NCBI GenBank assembly: GCA_002269645.1
Contig: NIVC01001908.1
Span: 1-64,000, forward strand
Source: Macrostomum lignano
Taxonomy: Eukaryota
DNA: 64,000 nt
Reading direction: 5' to 3'
Below the pieces are notes generated by a model. It had not been told where the DNA came from. It made no database searches and saw only the letters and a program-made list of their open reading frames with translations. This document shows positions 51,917 to 62,716 of the stretch, piece by piece (the first letter of the stretch is position 1; every line of letters starts with the position of its first letter). Position numbers and translations under genes: made by a program.

Positions 51917-53320
51917 TATCTACACAGAATTACCAGTAATTTCGGAATAACCAAACCGATTTTAACAAATCTGGTCAGGTTTTAAAGCTGAATAAATTTT
52001 CCACAACTGACACACGAGTTCTGTTGAAAAATAGGCTCAAATTCGGTGCAAATACCAACACTGTAGTAAAACAGGACGTAAAACTCAAATATCGTGTAAC
52101 CTTTTTTGGAGACAAATTTCCGGGGGTAATACACTGCGGAGATCGGAGAAAACTTTTTAAATCACAAAATCAATGATTGCATTTGATCTGGGGCAGTGAA
52201 TACTATCACTTGTTTAATTTAGCATGTTCTTTCATAAGCCCAAGCCAAAGTTGTAAATACTCACAAGTGAAAATTTTGTGCAGACAATTTTTACCAATAT
52301 CGTCTTTAAAAAACTATCAATTCTTAAGTTAAGGCCTTGCTTAAGGTTAAAAATTACATACGGTAATTGTATGGTAATCTTCACTGCCCAAGATCAAATG
52401 CAATCATTGATTTTGTGACGAAAATCTGATTTTTATTTATCTCCGCAGGTTATTTTTTATAGGAAATCAGCCTCCAAAGATTACACGATCATTGAGTTTA
52501 ACGCACAGATACTAGAGTAACCAGATGGGCCACTCAGCAAATTTGCGTGTAAAACTACTTTCAGTTCAGTAGTAAGAATTAAACAGAAGTATTCTAATGC
52601 ATTTTGAAATTCAAGGCTCATTTATTGGCTTTTACCCCCCCCCCTCCAGCTTAAACCCTCCAACCGCGCCTTACCACTCTACCCCAATTTTTATTGCCTT
52701 TCTCTCTGAATTCCAGCCTAGAGCTGCCATGTACATTTCAGTGGCTAATGTACATTATGGCTAAACCAATTAGCAAGCTGTTTACGCCTGCAAGCTTGGG
52801 CTTCTAAACTTATCAAAGTCAATTCAGCTGCCTTTATTTTTATAAAATAGCTTATTATTCTTCTTTGCTACTGAACTGAAAGTAGAAAGAAGTTTCTACC
52901 AAGTATCTATGCCTGAGTGCATCTCGTCCTGTTTTACTACCGTGGTCCTTGATTCGGTATCTATGCGACTGGAAAGTAAAAAAAAATTTTTAGCATGTAG
53001 CAAAAATCGACCTGGAGAAGTTGTGATCTAGAAAACTAATTTCTTAGTTTTCAACAAATTTGAAAAAAAAACTGATGTCATTTGAGAGCTGAATTTTTTA
53101 GGAAGATAATTTGTATATTAATGAAACGTAGCAAGAAATAAAAAAGTTTTTAAAAGTTTTTAAACAGATTTTAAAAGACGCTAAAAATTCTTTTCTTTGG
53201 ACTTCCATACTGAAACTCGTCCCAGTTGTGAATAATTCTGATTCAGTAAGCTTTAAAAAAGATCAAATTTGTTAAAATCATTTTGTCTATTCCGATATTA
53301 TCGAGAACCCTGTACAGATA
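51917..53320. mobile_element. Nested inverted-repeat (MITE/foldback-like) cluster
   Basis: Inverted arm pairs 51917-52022/53213-53320, 52059-52080/52925-52946, 52077-52200/52380-52503 and 52555-52572/52866-52885. Confidence 0.6.
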
Positions 53321-54350
53321 CGAGTGAGAGGTTTCTCCGCCTCTCCTGACAAGCTCGAAATTATTGGAAACGAACTGGTCTGGGCCCCGTTTTTGGGGTG
53401 ACTGTCAGTTCCATGCCCCCCGTGTTCCCTGCCTCATCTAAGCCCCCCACCAGCCTCTATTCTAGCTCAGGATGAAGGTTAAAGCAACAAACACTCTCCT
53501 CGATTCAGAGCAAAGCGAGATAAATATGATACTTTCAAGCTCAAAATTCAATTCTCAGTGCTCCTATCAGCAAACACCGTCTCTATAAGGAAGTGTTCTG
53601 TTTCAATTATTATCTTCACCTTTATTGAAGCTCTAGCAGTGAAAAGATTCAATTAGTTTCTGGCAGCGTTTGCCTATTAAAAAGTTACAGAGTGTAAAAT
53701 TACAGATAGCTTTTCGACTTGGCATTAGTCTATTTTCGTGCAGACCACAGATACTAAAATAACATTCTGAACGAAGGTCTTGTCATTATTTTAAACCGTT
53801 TTTTCAAGTGACAGACCAATTTAACATGAAAAACAATTAATGCGTCGTTAGAGCAGCATGTGAGGCACAAAATAGCGTGATTAGAACTTTCTCTGACACT
53901 GTTAAGAGACCCAATCACTGTTTTAGTGTTGAAAATCGTGAAATTTCCCATCTCCGTAGTGTATTTTTCCGGTGAAACCTGCCTTTAAAACTATTTCTGA
54001 ACGAAAAGCTTTATGAATATCGATAGAGCAATAAGAAAGGCACAACATATCAAAAGATGAACACTGGATCTGCCTCCTATCGAAAGCAATAACAATTTTT
54101 GTGCTGAAGAAATTAAAACCTCCTATCTCTGTAGTGTATTTTTCGGCGAAAAGCTGCCTTCAAAACATTTGCCATAGATTTCGAGTGTAGCGTCCTTTTG
54201 GTGACATTTTTTTAGATATGTTTATACTAATTATAGAAAAAGTAGCAATTTTTTACAACATTAAACTATTTAGGACATGATTGTTTATTTCGTAACAATT
54301 GAAATACAATACAAGTCTCTTTTAGAGCAAACAACTCGAGACACTGCTCG

Positions 54351-54650
54351 TAGATGCCACTAGATGCGACTAGGTGCCACTACATGCCACTAGATGCCAC
54401 TAGGTGCCACTAGAGCCCACTAGATGCCGCTAGATGCCACTAGCTCAGATGCCACTACATGCCACTAAATGCCACTAAATGCCACTAGATGCCACTAGAT
54501 GCCACTAAATGCCACTAGATGCCACTAGATGCCACTAGATGCCACTAAATGCCAATAGATGCCACTAAATGCCAATAGATTCCAATAGATGCCACTAAAT
54601 GCCAATAGATGCCACTAGATGCCACTAGGGGCCACTAGGTGCCACTAGAT
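54351..54650. repeat. 10-bp repeat upstream of MAP1 exon 3
   Basis: (TAGATGCCAC)n. Confidence 0.95.
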
Positions 54651-54830
54651 ATCACCTGATGGTCGATTGTTAGCTCTATGACAGTTGTGTATCTGCTGCT
54701 TCAATGCATTTAGATTACCACCTTGACTGACCAAAGCAGTAATTTCACGCCATCGAATATTGTATAAGCTGTGAGTTGGTTGTCCTTAGCCTAGTAGATT
54801 CGAAACGACACCGCTGCCTCACCGCCGCAG

Positions 54831-55646
54831 GCTGCCTGACCGGCGCTTCGGACAGTGGCCGGCTCCGCCTGGTGCTGCTGGCGGACCCGGACCACGACAC
54901 GCTGGCCAACCAGCTGTCCAGCCCGCAGCTGCAGGCCGCCGCCTACCAGAGCGTCCACCTGGTGTTCGCTGGGGCCGTCACGGCCGAATACGGCGACTGG
55001 GCGCTGCGGGACGCCGCTTTGAGTCCCGGCCGACTCGCCCGCCTCCTGCCGGCTCCCCAAGACGCCAAAGAGGCTCGAGCCAGACTCCACATTTGCGGCC
55101 CCAGCTCTGGGCCGCACTGGCGCGCGCTGTCTGGCGCCGTCGCCTCCGCCGTGCGCCAGCTGGACGCGTCGCAGTCAGAGGCCGGCGCCGGCGCCGAAGA
55201 AGCCGCCAAATTGGCGCGGCTGCTCTGCGACTTGGCAGCCGGAGCCGCCATCGACATGTCGGAGCCGTCTCCGACGTCAACGCCGGCCCCGACGACAACG
55301 ACGACAACTTCGGCGCGACGGCCTCGAGTGCTGATCTTCGATGACGGGGATGCCTCCAGCTGCTGCGTCGGGCTGGACGGCTTCCAGCTGGTGTGCAACG
55401 GCGGCGCTGGCCAGCGGCTCGACTGCCTGCGACATCTGCGCCGGCAGCGACGCCGAATCGACGCTTTGCTGGTGACGCATTGGTCGAGCGACACCGCGCC
55501 GGGGCTTCGGGCGCTGATGGAGAAGCTTGAGGCTGAGGCTGAGGCTGAGGCTGAAGCTAAAGCTGAAGCTGAGATGGCGGAGCTTGGGGCTGTGCTGCTC
55601 CCATGCCGGCCCGCTGAGGCTGAAGATGCTGCTGAGGATGACAGCG
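54831..55646 (+). CDS. MAP1: MAP1-like exon 3 (conserved N-terminal domain)
   Basis: RPRVLIFDDGDASSCCVGLDGFQLVCNGG...RIDALLVTHW...ELGAVLL matches MAP1 KPCCYIFPGG..FAVNGFNMLINGG..RVDSILLTH..DLGVVFL. GCAG acceptor, GTGAGG donor (alternative at 55671); 816 nt, phases 1/1. Confidence 0.9.
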
Positions 55647-55704
55647 GTGAGGCTGAGGCTGGGGCGATGGGTACCAAGGGGTGATTTATAGCTTAGATCA
55701 AGTT

Positions 55705-56328
55705 AGATCTAGTGGGCATCTAGTGACATCTAGTGAGACCTAGTGACATCTAGTGACATCTAGTGACATCAAGTGACATCTAGTGACATCTAGTGACATC
55801 TAGTGACATCTAGTGACATCTAGTGACATCGAGTGGCATCTAGTGACATCTAGTGACATCGAGTGACATCTAGCGACATCTAGTGACATCGAGTGGCATC
55901 TAGTGACATCTAGTGACATCTAGTGACATCTAGCGACATCTAGGGACATCGAGTGGCATCTAGTGACATCGAGTGACATCTAGCGACATCGAGTGACATC
56001 TAGTGACATCTAGTGACATCTAGTGACATCTAGTGACATCGAGTGGCATCTAGTGACATCTAGTGACATCTAGTGACATCGAGTGACATCTAGCGACATC
56101 GAGTGACATCTAGTGACATCTAGTGACATCTAGTGACATCTAGTGACATCGAGTGGCATCTAGTGACATCTAGTGACATCGAGTGACATCTAGCGACATC
56201 TAGTGACATCTAGTGACATCTAGTGACATCGAGTGGCATCTGGTGACATCTAGTGACATCTAGTGACATCTAGTGATATCTAGTGATATCTAGTGACATC
56301 TAGTGACATCTAGTGACATCTAGTGACA
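55705..56328. repeat. 10-bp repeat in MAP1 intron 3, inverted relative to 54351-54650
   Basis: (GTGACATCTA)n with GTGGCATCTA variants. Confidence 0.95.
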
Positions 56329-56346
56329 TCATCCCGACATCATCAG

Positions 56347-56704
56347 GCCAGCGGCAGCCGCTTCAGACGAGCGCCCGCTTGGACAGCGCAGCCGCCTACC
56401 GCCTGATGCTGCGCCGAGCCGCCGTCGTCAGAGACTTCGCCTGCCCCGCCGCCGCCGGCCCACCGCCCGGCCTGCCGCTGTACTCCCGGCTCGACTCCGG
56501 CAGCCTCGAGCTGCGGCCGCTGCTGCCCTGCGCCGGCTCGCGGGAGCTGGCGGAGCTCGCCAAACAGCTGCGGTCGGCACCGTCAGCTGGTCACATGCCG
56601 ACACTGAAACTGGGAGATCGGGCCGTTCGATTGTGGGACGCGGCCTCGGGCTGCGCTCTGTTGCTATGGCGACCGACGCGATTCGCGATAGGAGGAAATA
56701 GCAG
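56347..56704 (+). CDS. MAP1: MAP1-like exon 4
   Basis: LPLYSRLDSGSLELRPLLP..CALLLWRP (MAP1 ITLFQKMGVGKLEMYVLNP..SSLIVWHP). Donor AG|GTGTGT in phase 2. Confidence 0.88.
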
Positions 56705-56739
56705 GTGTGTAATTTTTTTACTTTGGAAACATCCATAGA

Positions 56740-57185
56740 TATTCTATCCAGATCGACAGAGATTCAATACAGATCTATAGGGATTCAATACAGATCTATA
56801 GGGATTCTTTCCATATCTATAGGGATTCTTTCCAGATCTATAGGGATTCTTTCCAGATCTATAGGGATTCTTTCCAGATCTATATAGATTTAATACAAAT
56901 CTATAGGGATTCTATCGACATCTATAAAGATTCTAACTAGATCTAAAGAGATCCCATCCAGATCTATAGAGATCCCATCCAGATCTTTAGAGATCCCATT
57001 CAGATCTATAGAGATCCCATCCAGATCTATAGAGATCCCATCTAGATCTATAGAGATCCCTTCCATCCATCCCTCCATAGAGATTCTATCCAGATCTATA
57101 GATATTATACCAAGATCTATAGAGATTCTACCGATATAAAACTAGACTAATAGAGATTCTACCTACATGTAGATCTATAGAGCGC
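56740..57185. repeat. About 21-bp degenerate repeat in MAP1 intron 4
   Basis: GATCTATAGGGATTCTTTCCA and GATCTATAGAGATCCCATCCA units. Confidence 0.85.
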
Positions 57186-57261
57186 TATAGAGAGTTAGTT
57201 GGGTTCTTCGAGCTCTCCGATATCGTCAGGCACGCTCTCCGACCGCCCCCACCCCCGGCAG

Positions 57262-60200
57262 GTGCGCGCGCATCCTCCTGCCAGGCGCTGCACCTGCGGC
57301 GCGCGTAGCGCGCGGACTCGATCGATTGCGGGTCGGCCTTGACTGCCTGCACACGCCGGACGGCAGGGGCTCGGCCGCGGCGGCTGCGGCGGCTTCAGCG
57401 GCGGCCAGTCGACGACGCGGCGCTTCGTCGACTCGTCGACAGCCACCGTCGGAGTCGCCAACAGTCGGCGCCGCAGGGGCTCCGAGCTTCAGGCGCGCCG
57501 TCTCCCAGCCGCCGACCCCGCCGCCGCCGCCGACGTCACCAGCGCCGCCTCCGATGCGCAAGCCGGCTCTGCCACCGTCGCCGAAGCCGCCGGCGGTGAC
57601 GCCAACGCAGCAGCAGCAGCGTCGAAGTCGAGCGCCGTTGAAGTCGGCCGCCTCGGAGCCGGCCAAGTCGAAGAGAGCTCCTGTCAGAGCGCCGCCGCCA
57701 GCAGTTCGCGTCGTTAAGTCACCGACGCCGAGTTTGTCGAGCGAGAGGCTGGTGGAGAAATCAGCAACACTGAATGCGCGGATGCCCGCCGTCAAACGGC
57801 TGCCGCCGTGTCGTCGAAATGAACAGGAGGAGAAAGCGGCAAGTGAGCCGATGGAGAAGGAGGCAGCAAATTCGAAAACTTCCCTTGAGCATAATGAAAA
57901 ATTGAATGGCGTACTGGGGGAATCTCATGAGCCAGCAGAGGAATCTCATGAGCCAACCAAGGAATCTCATGAGCCAGCAAAAGAATCTCATGAGCCAGCC
58001 AAGGAATCTCATGAGCCAGCGAAAGAATCTCATGAGCCGACAAAAGAATCTCATAAGCCAGCAGAGAAATCTCATGAGCCAGTCGAGAAATCTCATATGC
58101 CAGCAGAGGAATCTCATCAATCTCATGAGCCAGCAGAGGAATCTCATGAGCCAGCAGAGGAATCTCATGAGCCAGCAAAAGAATCTCATGAGCCAGCAAA
58201 AGAATCTCATGAGCCAGCCAAGGAATCTCATGAGCCAGCAAAAGAATCTCATGAGCCAGCCAAGGAATCTCATGAGCCAGCAGAGGAATCTCATGAGCCA
58301 GCGAAAGAATCTCATGAGTCAGTGGAGGAATCTCATGAGCCAGAAGAGGAATCTCATGAGTCAGTGGAGGAATCTCATGAGCCAGCAGAGGAATCTCATG
58401 AGTCAGTGGAGGAATCTCATGAGCCAGAAGAGGAATCTCATGAGTCAGTGGAGGAATCTCATGAGCCAGCAGAGGAATCTCATGAGTCAGTGGAGGAATC
58501 TCATGAGCCAGAAGAGGAATCTCATGAGTCAGTGGAGGAATCTCATGAGCCAGCAGAGGAATCTCATGAGTCAGTGGAGGAATCTCATGAGCCAGAAGAG
58601 GAATCTCATGAGTCAGTGGAGGAATCTCATGAGCCAGCAGAGGAATCTCATGAGCCAGCAGAGGAATCTCATGAGCCAGTCAAGGAATCTCTAGCACAAC
58701 TTGCAGAATCATCAAGTATGATGCAGCAGTCCATTTATATTGAAAGGGAATCTGCGGACACATCAGCTGACCATAAAAACGAACACAAGAAAGAGATAAA
58801 AAATAACGACTCTGAGAATGCTGTCGATCTTACTCAGGTTGATTCGGACACTTACGGTCCTGAAGCGAAGCAGTCTGAGCCTGAAGTGAAGCAGACTGAA
58901 CCTGAAGTGAAGCAGACTGAACCTGAAGTGATGCAGACTCAACCTGAAGTGGAGCATCCTGAGGCTGAAGTCGCCTCGCACGAGCCTGAAGTGAAGCATC
59001 CGGAACCTGAAGTGAACCAGTCTGAGTCTGAAGTGAAGCAGCTTGAGCCTAAAATCCCCTGTCACAAACCTGAAGTAAAGCAGAATCAACCTGAAATGGA
59101 GCATCCTGAGATTAAAATCAGCCAGTCTGAGGCTGAAGTCGTCTCGCAAGTGCCTGAAGCTAAACAGTCTGAGCCTGAAGTCACCTCTCACGAGCCTGAA
59201 GTGAAGCAGTCTGAGGCTGAAGTCAGCCAGTCCGAGGCTGAATTCGCCTCGCACGAAGCTGAAGTGAAGCAGGCTGCGCCTGAAGTAAAGCAACCTGAGG
59301 CTGAAGTCACCTTGCACGAGCCTGAAGTAAAGCAGCCTGAGCCTGAAGTGAAGCAGCTTGAGCCTGAAGTAAAGCAGTCTGAGCCTGAAGTGAAGCAGTC
59401 TGAACCTGAAGTGAAGCAGTCTGAACCTGAAGTAAAGCAGCCTGAGGCTGAAGTGAAGCAGCTTGAGCCTGAAGTCACCTCTCACGAGCCTGAAGTAAAG
59501 CAGCCCGAGCCTGAAGTGAAGCAGACTCAACCTGAAGTGGAGCATCCTGAGACTAAAGTCAGCCAGTCTGAGGCTGAAGTCACCTCTCACGAGCCTGAAG
59601 TGAAGCAGTCTGAGCCTGAAGTGACCTCTCACGAGCCTGAAGTGACCTCTCACGAGCCTGAAGTGACCTCTCACGAGCCTGAAGTGACCTCTCACGAGCC
59701 TGAAGTGACCTCTCACGAGCCTGAAGTGACCTCTCACGAGTCTGAAGTTACCTCTCACGAGCCTGAAGTTACCTCTCACCAGCCTGAAGTGACCTCTCAC
59801 GAGCCTGAAGTGACCTCTCACGAGCCTGAAGTTACCTCTCACGAGCCTGAAGTGACCTCTCACGAGCCTGAAGTGACATCTCACGAGCCTGAAGTGACCT
59901 CGTACGAGCCTCAAGTGACCTCTCACGAGCCTGAAGTCACCTCTCACGAGCCTGAAGTCACCTATGACCAGCCTGAAGTGAACCAGTCGGAGCCTGAATT
60001 CAAGCAGCCTGAGCCTGAACTGAAACTGCCTGAGGTTAAAGTCGCTTCGCAAGAAGCTGAAGTGAAGCAGCCTGAACCTGAAGTGAAGCAGCCTGAGGCT
60101 GAAGTGAAGCAGCCTGAGGCTGAAGTCAGCCAGTCTGAGACTGAAGTCACCTTGCAGGAGCCTGAAGTGAAGCAGTCTGAGCCTGAAGTGAAGCAGCCTG

Positions 60201-61927
60201 AGGTTGAAGTCAGCCAGTCTGAGGCTGAAATCACCTTGCTGGAGCCTGAAGTGAAGCAGTCTGAGGCTGAAGTCAAACAGCCTGAGGCTGAAGTCAGCCA
60301 GTATGAGGCTGAAGTCGCCTTGCACGAGCCTGAAGTAAAGCAGCCTGAGCCTGAAGTGAAGCAGTCTGAGCCCGAAGTGAAGCAGTCTGAGCCTGAAGTG
60401 AAGCAGCCTGAGGCTGAAGTCAGCCAGTCTGAGGCTGAAGTCAGCCAGTCTGAGGCTGAAGTCAGCCAGTCTGAGGCTGAAATCACCTTGCAGGAGCCTG
60501 AAGTGAAGCAGTCTGAGGCTGAAGTCAAACAGCCTAAATCTGAATTGAACCAGTCTGAGCCTGAAGTGAAGGAGCCTGAGGCTGAAGTCAGCCAGTCTGA
60601 GGCTGAAGTCAGCCAGTCTGAGGCTGAAATCACCTTGCAGGAGCCTGAAGTGAAGCAGTCTGAGGCTGAAGTCAAACAGCCTAAATCTGAATTGAACCAG
60701 TCTGAGCCTGAAGTGAAGGAGCCTGAGGCTGAAGTCAGCCAGTATGAGGCTGAAGTCGCCTTGCACGAGCCTGAAGTGAAGCAGTTTGAACCTGAAGTCA
60801 AGCAGCCTGAGCCTGAAGTCAGCCAGTATGAGACTGAAGTCGCCTTGCACGAGCCTGAAGTAAAGCAGCCTGAGCCTGAAGTGAAGCAGTCTGAGCCTGA
60901 AGTGAAGCAGTGTGAGCATGAAGTGAAGCAGTCTGAGCCTGAAGTGAAGCAGCCTGAGTCTAAAGTGAAGCAGTCTGAGCCTGAAGTAAAGCAGCCTGAG
61001 TCTGAAGTAAACCAGCCTGAAGCTAAAGTCGCCTCTCACGTGCCTGAGATAGAATTCATTCAGTTTGATGCGGACTCACAAGAAAAGAGTGCTAAATCCT
61101 TTCAAGTTGAAGGAGCCGATGAGGAAGCTATTGAGCAATCACAAGTAAAAGAGCCGTACGTTGACTGCCTTCCGCAGATTCAGGACGAAAATATGATTTA
61201 TCTTCAAGGCCATGAGGCTAACAGCATTGAGACTGCAGATGAGAAATCTCACAAACCAGAAACTGATAATCAGAGTCTCGAGGAGAAATCTCACGAACCG
61301 GAAGCTGATAATCAGAGCCTCGAGGATAAATCTCACGAACCGGAAACTGATAACCAGAGCCTCGATGAGAAATCTCTCGAACCGGAATCTGGTAATCAGA
61401 GCCTCGAGGAGAAATCTCACGAACCGGAAGTTGATTCTCGGAGCCTCGACGATAAATCTCACAAACCGGAAACTGAAGCTGAGGCAGGACAAGAGGAATC
61501 TATCGAGTCCAGCAACCACCAGAATTCATTGCCCGCAGACGGAATGCAGCAATCTCTGGGACCAGACGAGCTGCAACATCTCAAGGCGTCTCAAGACGCC
61601 GAATTTAAAGACGCTGACTCCCTTGATGAAGATTACAGGGAGTCTGGCTGGCAGCTGAGCTGGCAGAGGACTGCATCATCGAAGAATACTATCAAGGAAG
61701 TGACCTCCACATTCGAAGAATCCCATTCGTTGACCTCGCGAAGCGAGAAGACTGAGTCAACTTTCCTAGAAATCTCTTCCGCCGAATCGGCAGTCATAAA
61801 GGAGGCGGCATTCAGCGATGGCAGCGACTCCGAATCTTCCGTGGTGGAAGCGACCGCCAACGTTGCGCCGAAGCAGCTGGATCCCCTGCGCGACTGGGGC
61901 AGCCCGCTGGCTCTGCCACCAGGCATT

Positions 61928-61981
<54 letters not shown>
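57262..61981 (+). CDS. MAP1: MAP1-like exon 5: basic Pro-rich region, acidic heptad repeats, polyQ
   Basis: ARILLPGAAPAARVARGLDRL (MAP1 IRVLFPGNSTQYNILEGLEKL). The frame is open for 4720 nt and ends at an AAG|GTATGT donor in phase 0. Confidence 0.92.
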
Positions 61982-62049
61982 GTATGTTTTAATATGTATC
62001 TTAACCCTGGAATGTAGCTCGTTGAAAATTTCCAAGTTCGTCAAAATTC

Positions 62050-62330
62050 CCTGGATCCCTGGATTCCCATTCTGACACCTGGATTCCCGTTCTGGTAACT
62101 GGATTCCCGTTCTGGTACCTGGATTCCCGTTCTGACTCCTGGATTCCCGTTCTGGTACCTGGATTCCCGTTCTGACTCCTGGATTCCCGTTCTGGTACCT
62201 GGATTCCTACTCTGGTACCTGGATTCCTACTTTGGTACCTGGATTCCTACTTTGGTACCTGGATTCCTACTTTGGTACCTGGATTCCCGATCTGGAACGT
62301 GGATCCCCGTTCTGGCACCTGGATTCCCGC
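62050..62330. repeat. 20-bp minisatellite in MAP1 intron 5
   Basis: CCTGGATTCCCGTTCTGGTA units. Confidence 0.93.
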
Positions 62331-62344
62331 TGCATGAATTTCAG

Positions 62345-62716
62345 CAGCAGCAACAGCCAGCCGGTTTCGTACGCCCTGTGTGGCTGGATCTGGCCTACCT
62401 GCCCAGCGGCCAGTCCGCCATCGGTGCAGAATTTTTCCATCGCGTCCGGGCGGCCCGCTACGTCCTGCCCGGCCGGCTGGCTGACCCGGACACTCTGGAC
62501 GCTCTGCTGGCCGCCAAGGAGGCCGCCTGGCCGGACCAGCCGTCCGTGCTGGTACCGGCCCGACCCGACTGTCCGCGACTGGCCGCCTGGCTGTCCGGCA
62601 ATTCGGACAGGGCGCGAAAGGCCCACCTGACTGTGGCGACGGCGGCGGAGGCTTCGGCCGGGATCAGCAGGGTGCGCATCGGGTCCGGTCGAGAGGCCTG
62701 GTGCATCGAGCTCTGA
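62345..62716 (+). CDS. MAP1: MAP1-like exon 6 (light-chain C-terminal domain)
   Basis: PVWLDLAYLP..EFFHRVRAARYV..TLDALLAAK..W..WCIEL-stop matches MAP1 PVYVDLAYIP..DFFRRVRASYYV..VLDALLEGK..ACKIEF. Confidence 0.95.
   Translation, partial: QQQQPAGFVRPVWLDLAYLPSGQSAIGAEFFHRVRAARYVLPGRLADPDTLDALLAAKEAAWPDQPSVLVPARPDCPRLAAWLSGNSDRARKAHLTVATAAEASAGISRVRIGSGREAWCIEL

Noticed and set aside
54730-54776. GTGAGT at 54771 as the donor of an upstream MAP1 exon
   Set aside because: There is an in-frame TAA just upstream and no ATG; exons 1-2 at 45.8-46.5 kb fit the phase and the homology.
57761-61519. Long antisense or alternate-frame ORFs over MAP1 exon 5
   Set aside because: They are shadows of the 21-bp coding repeats; only the plus frame links the conserved MAP1 N- and C-terminal domains.
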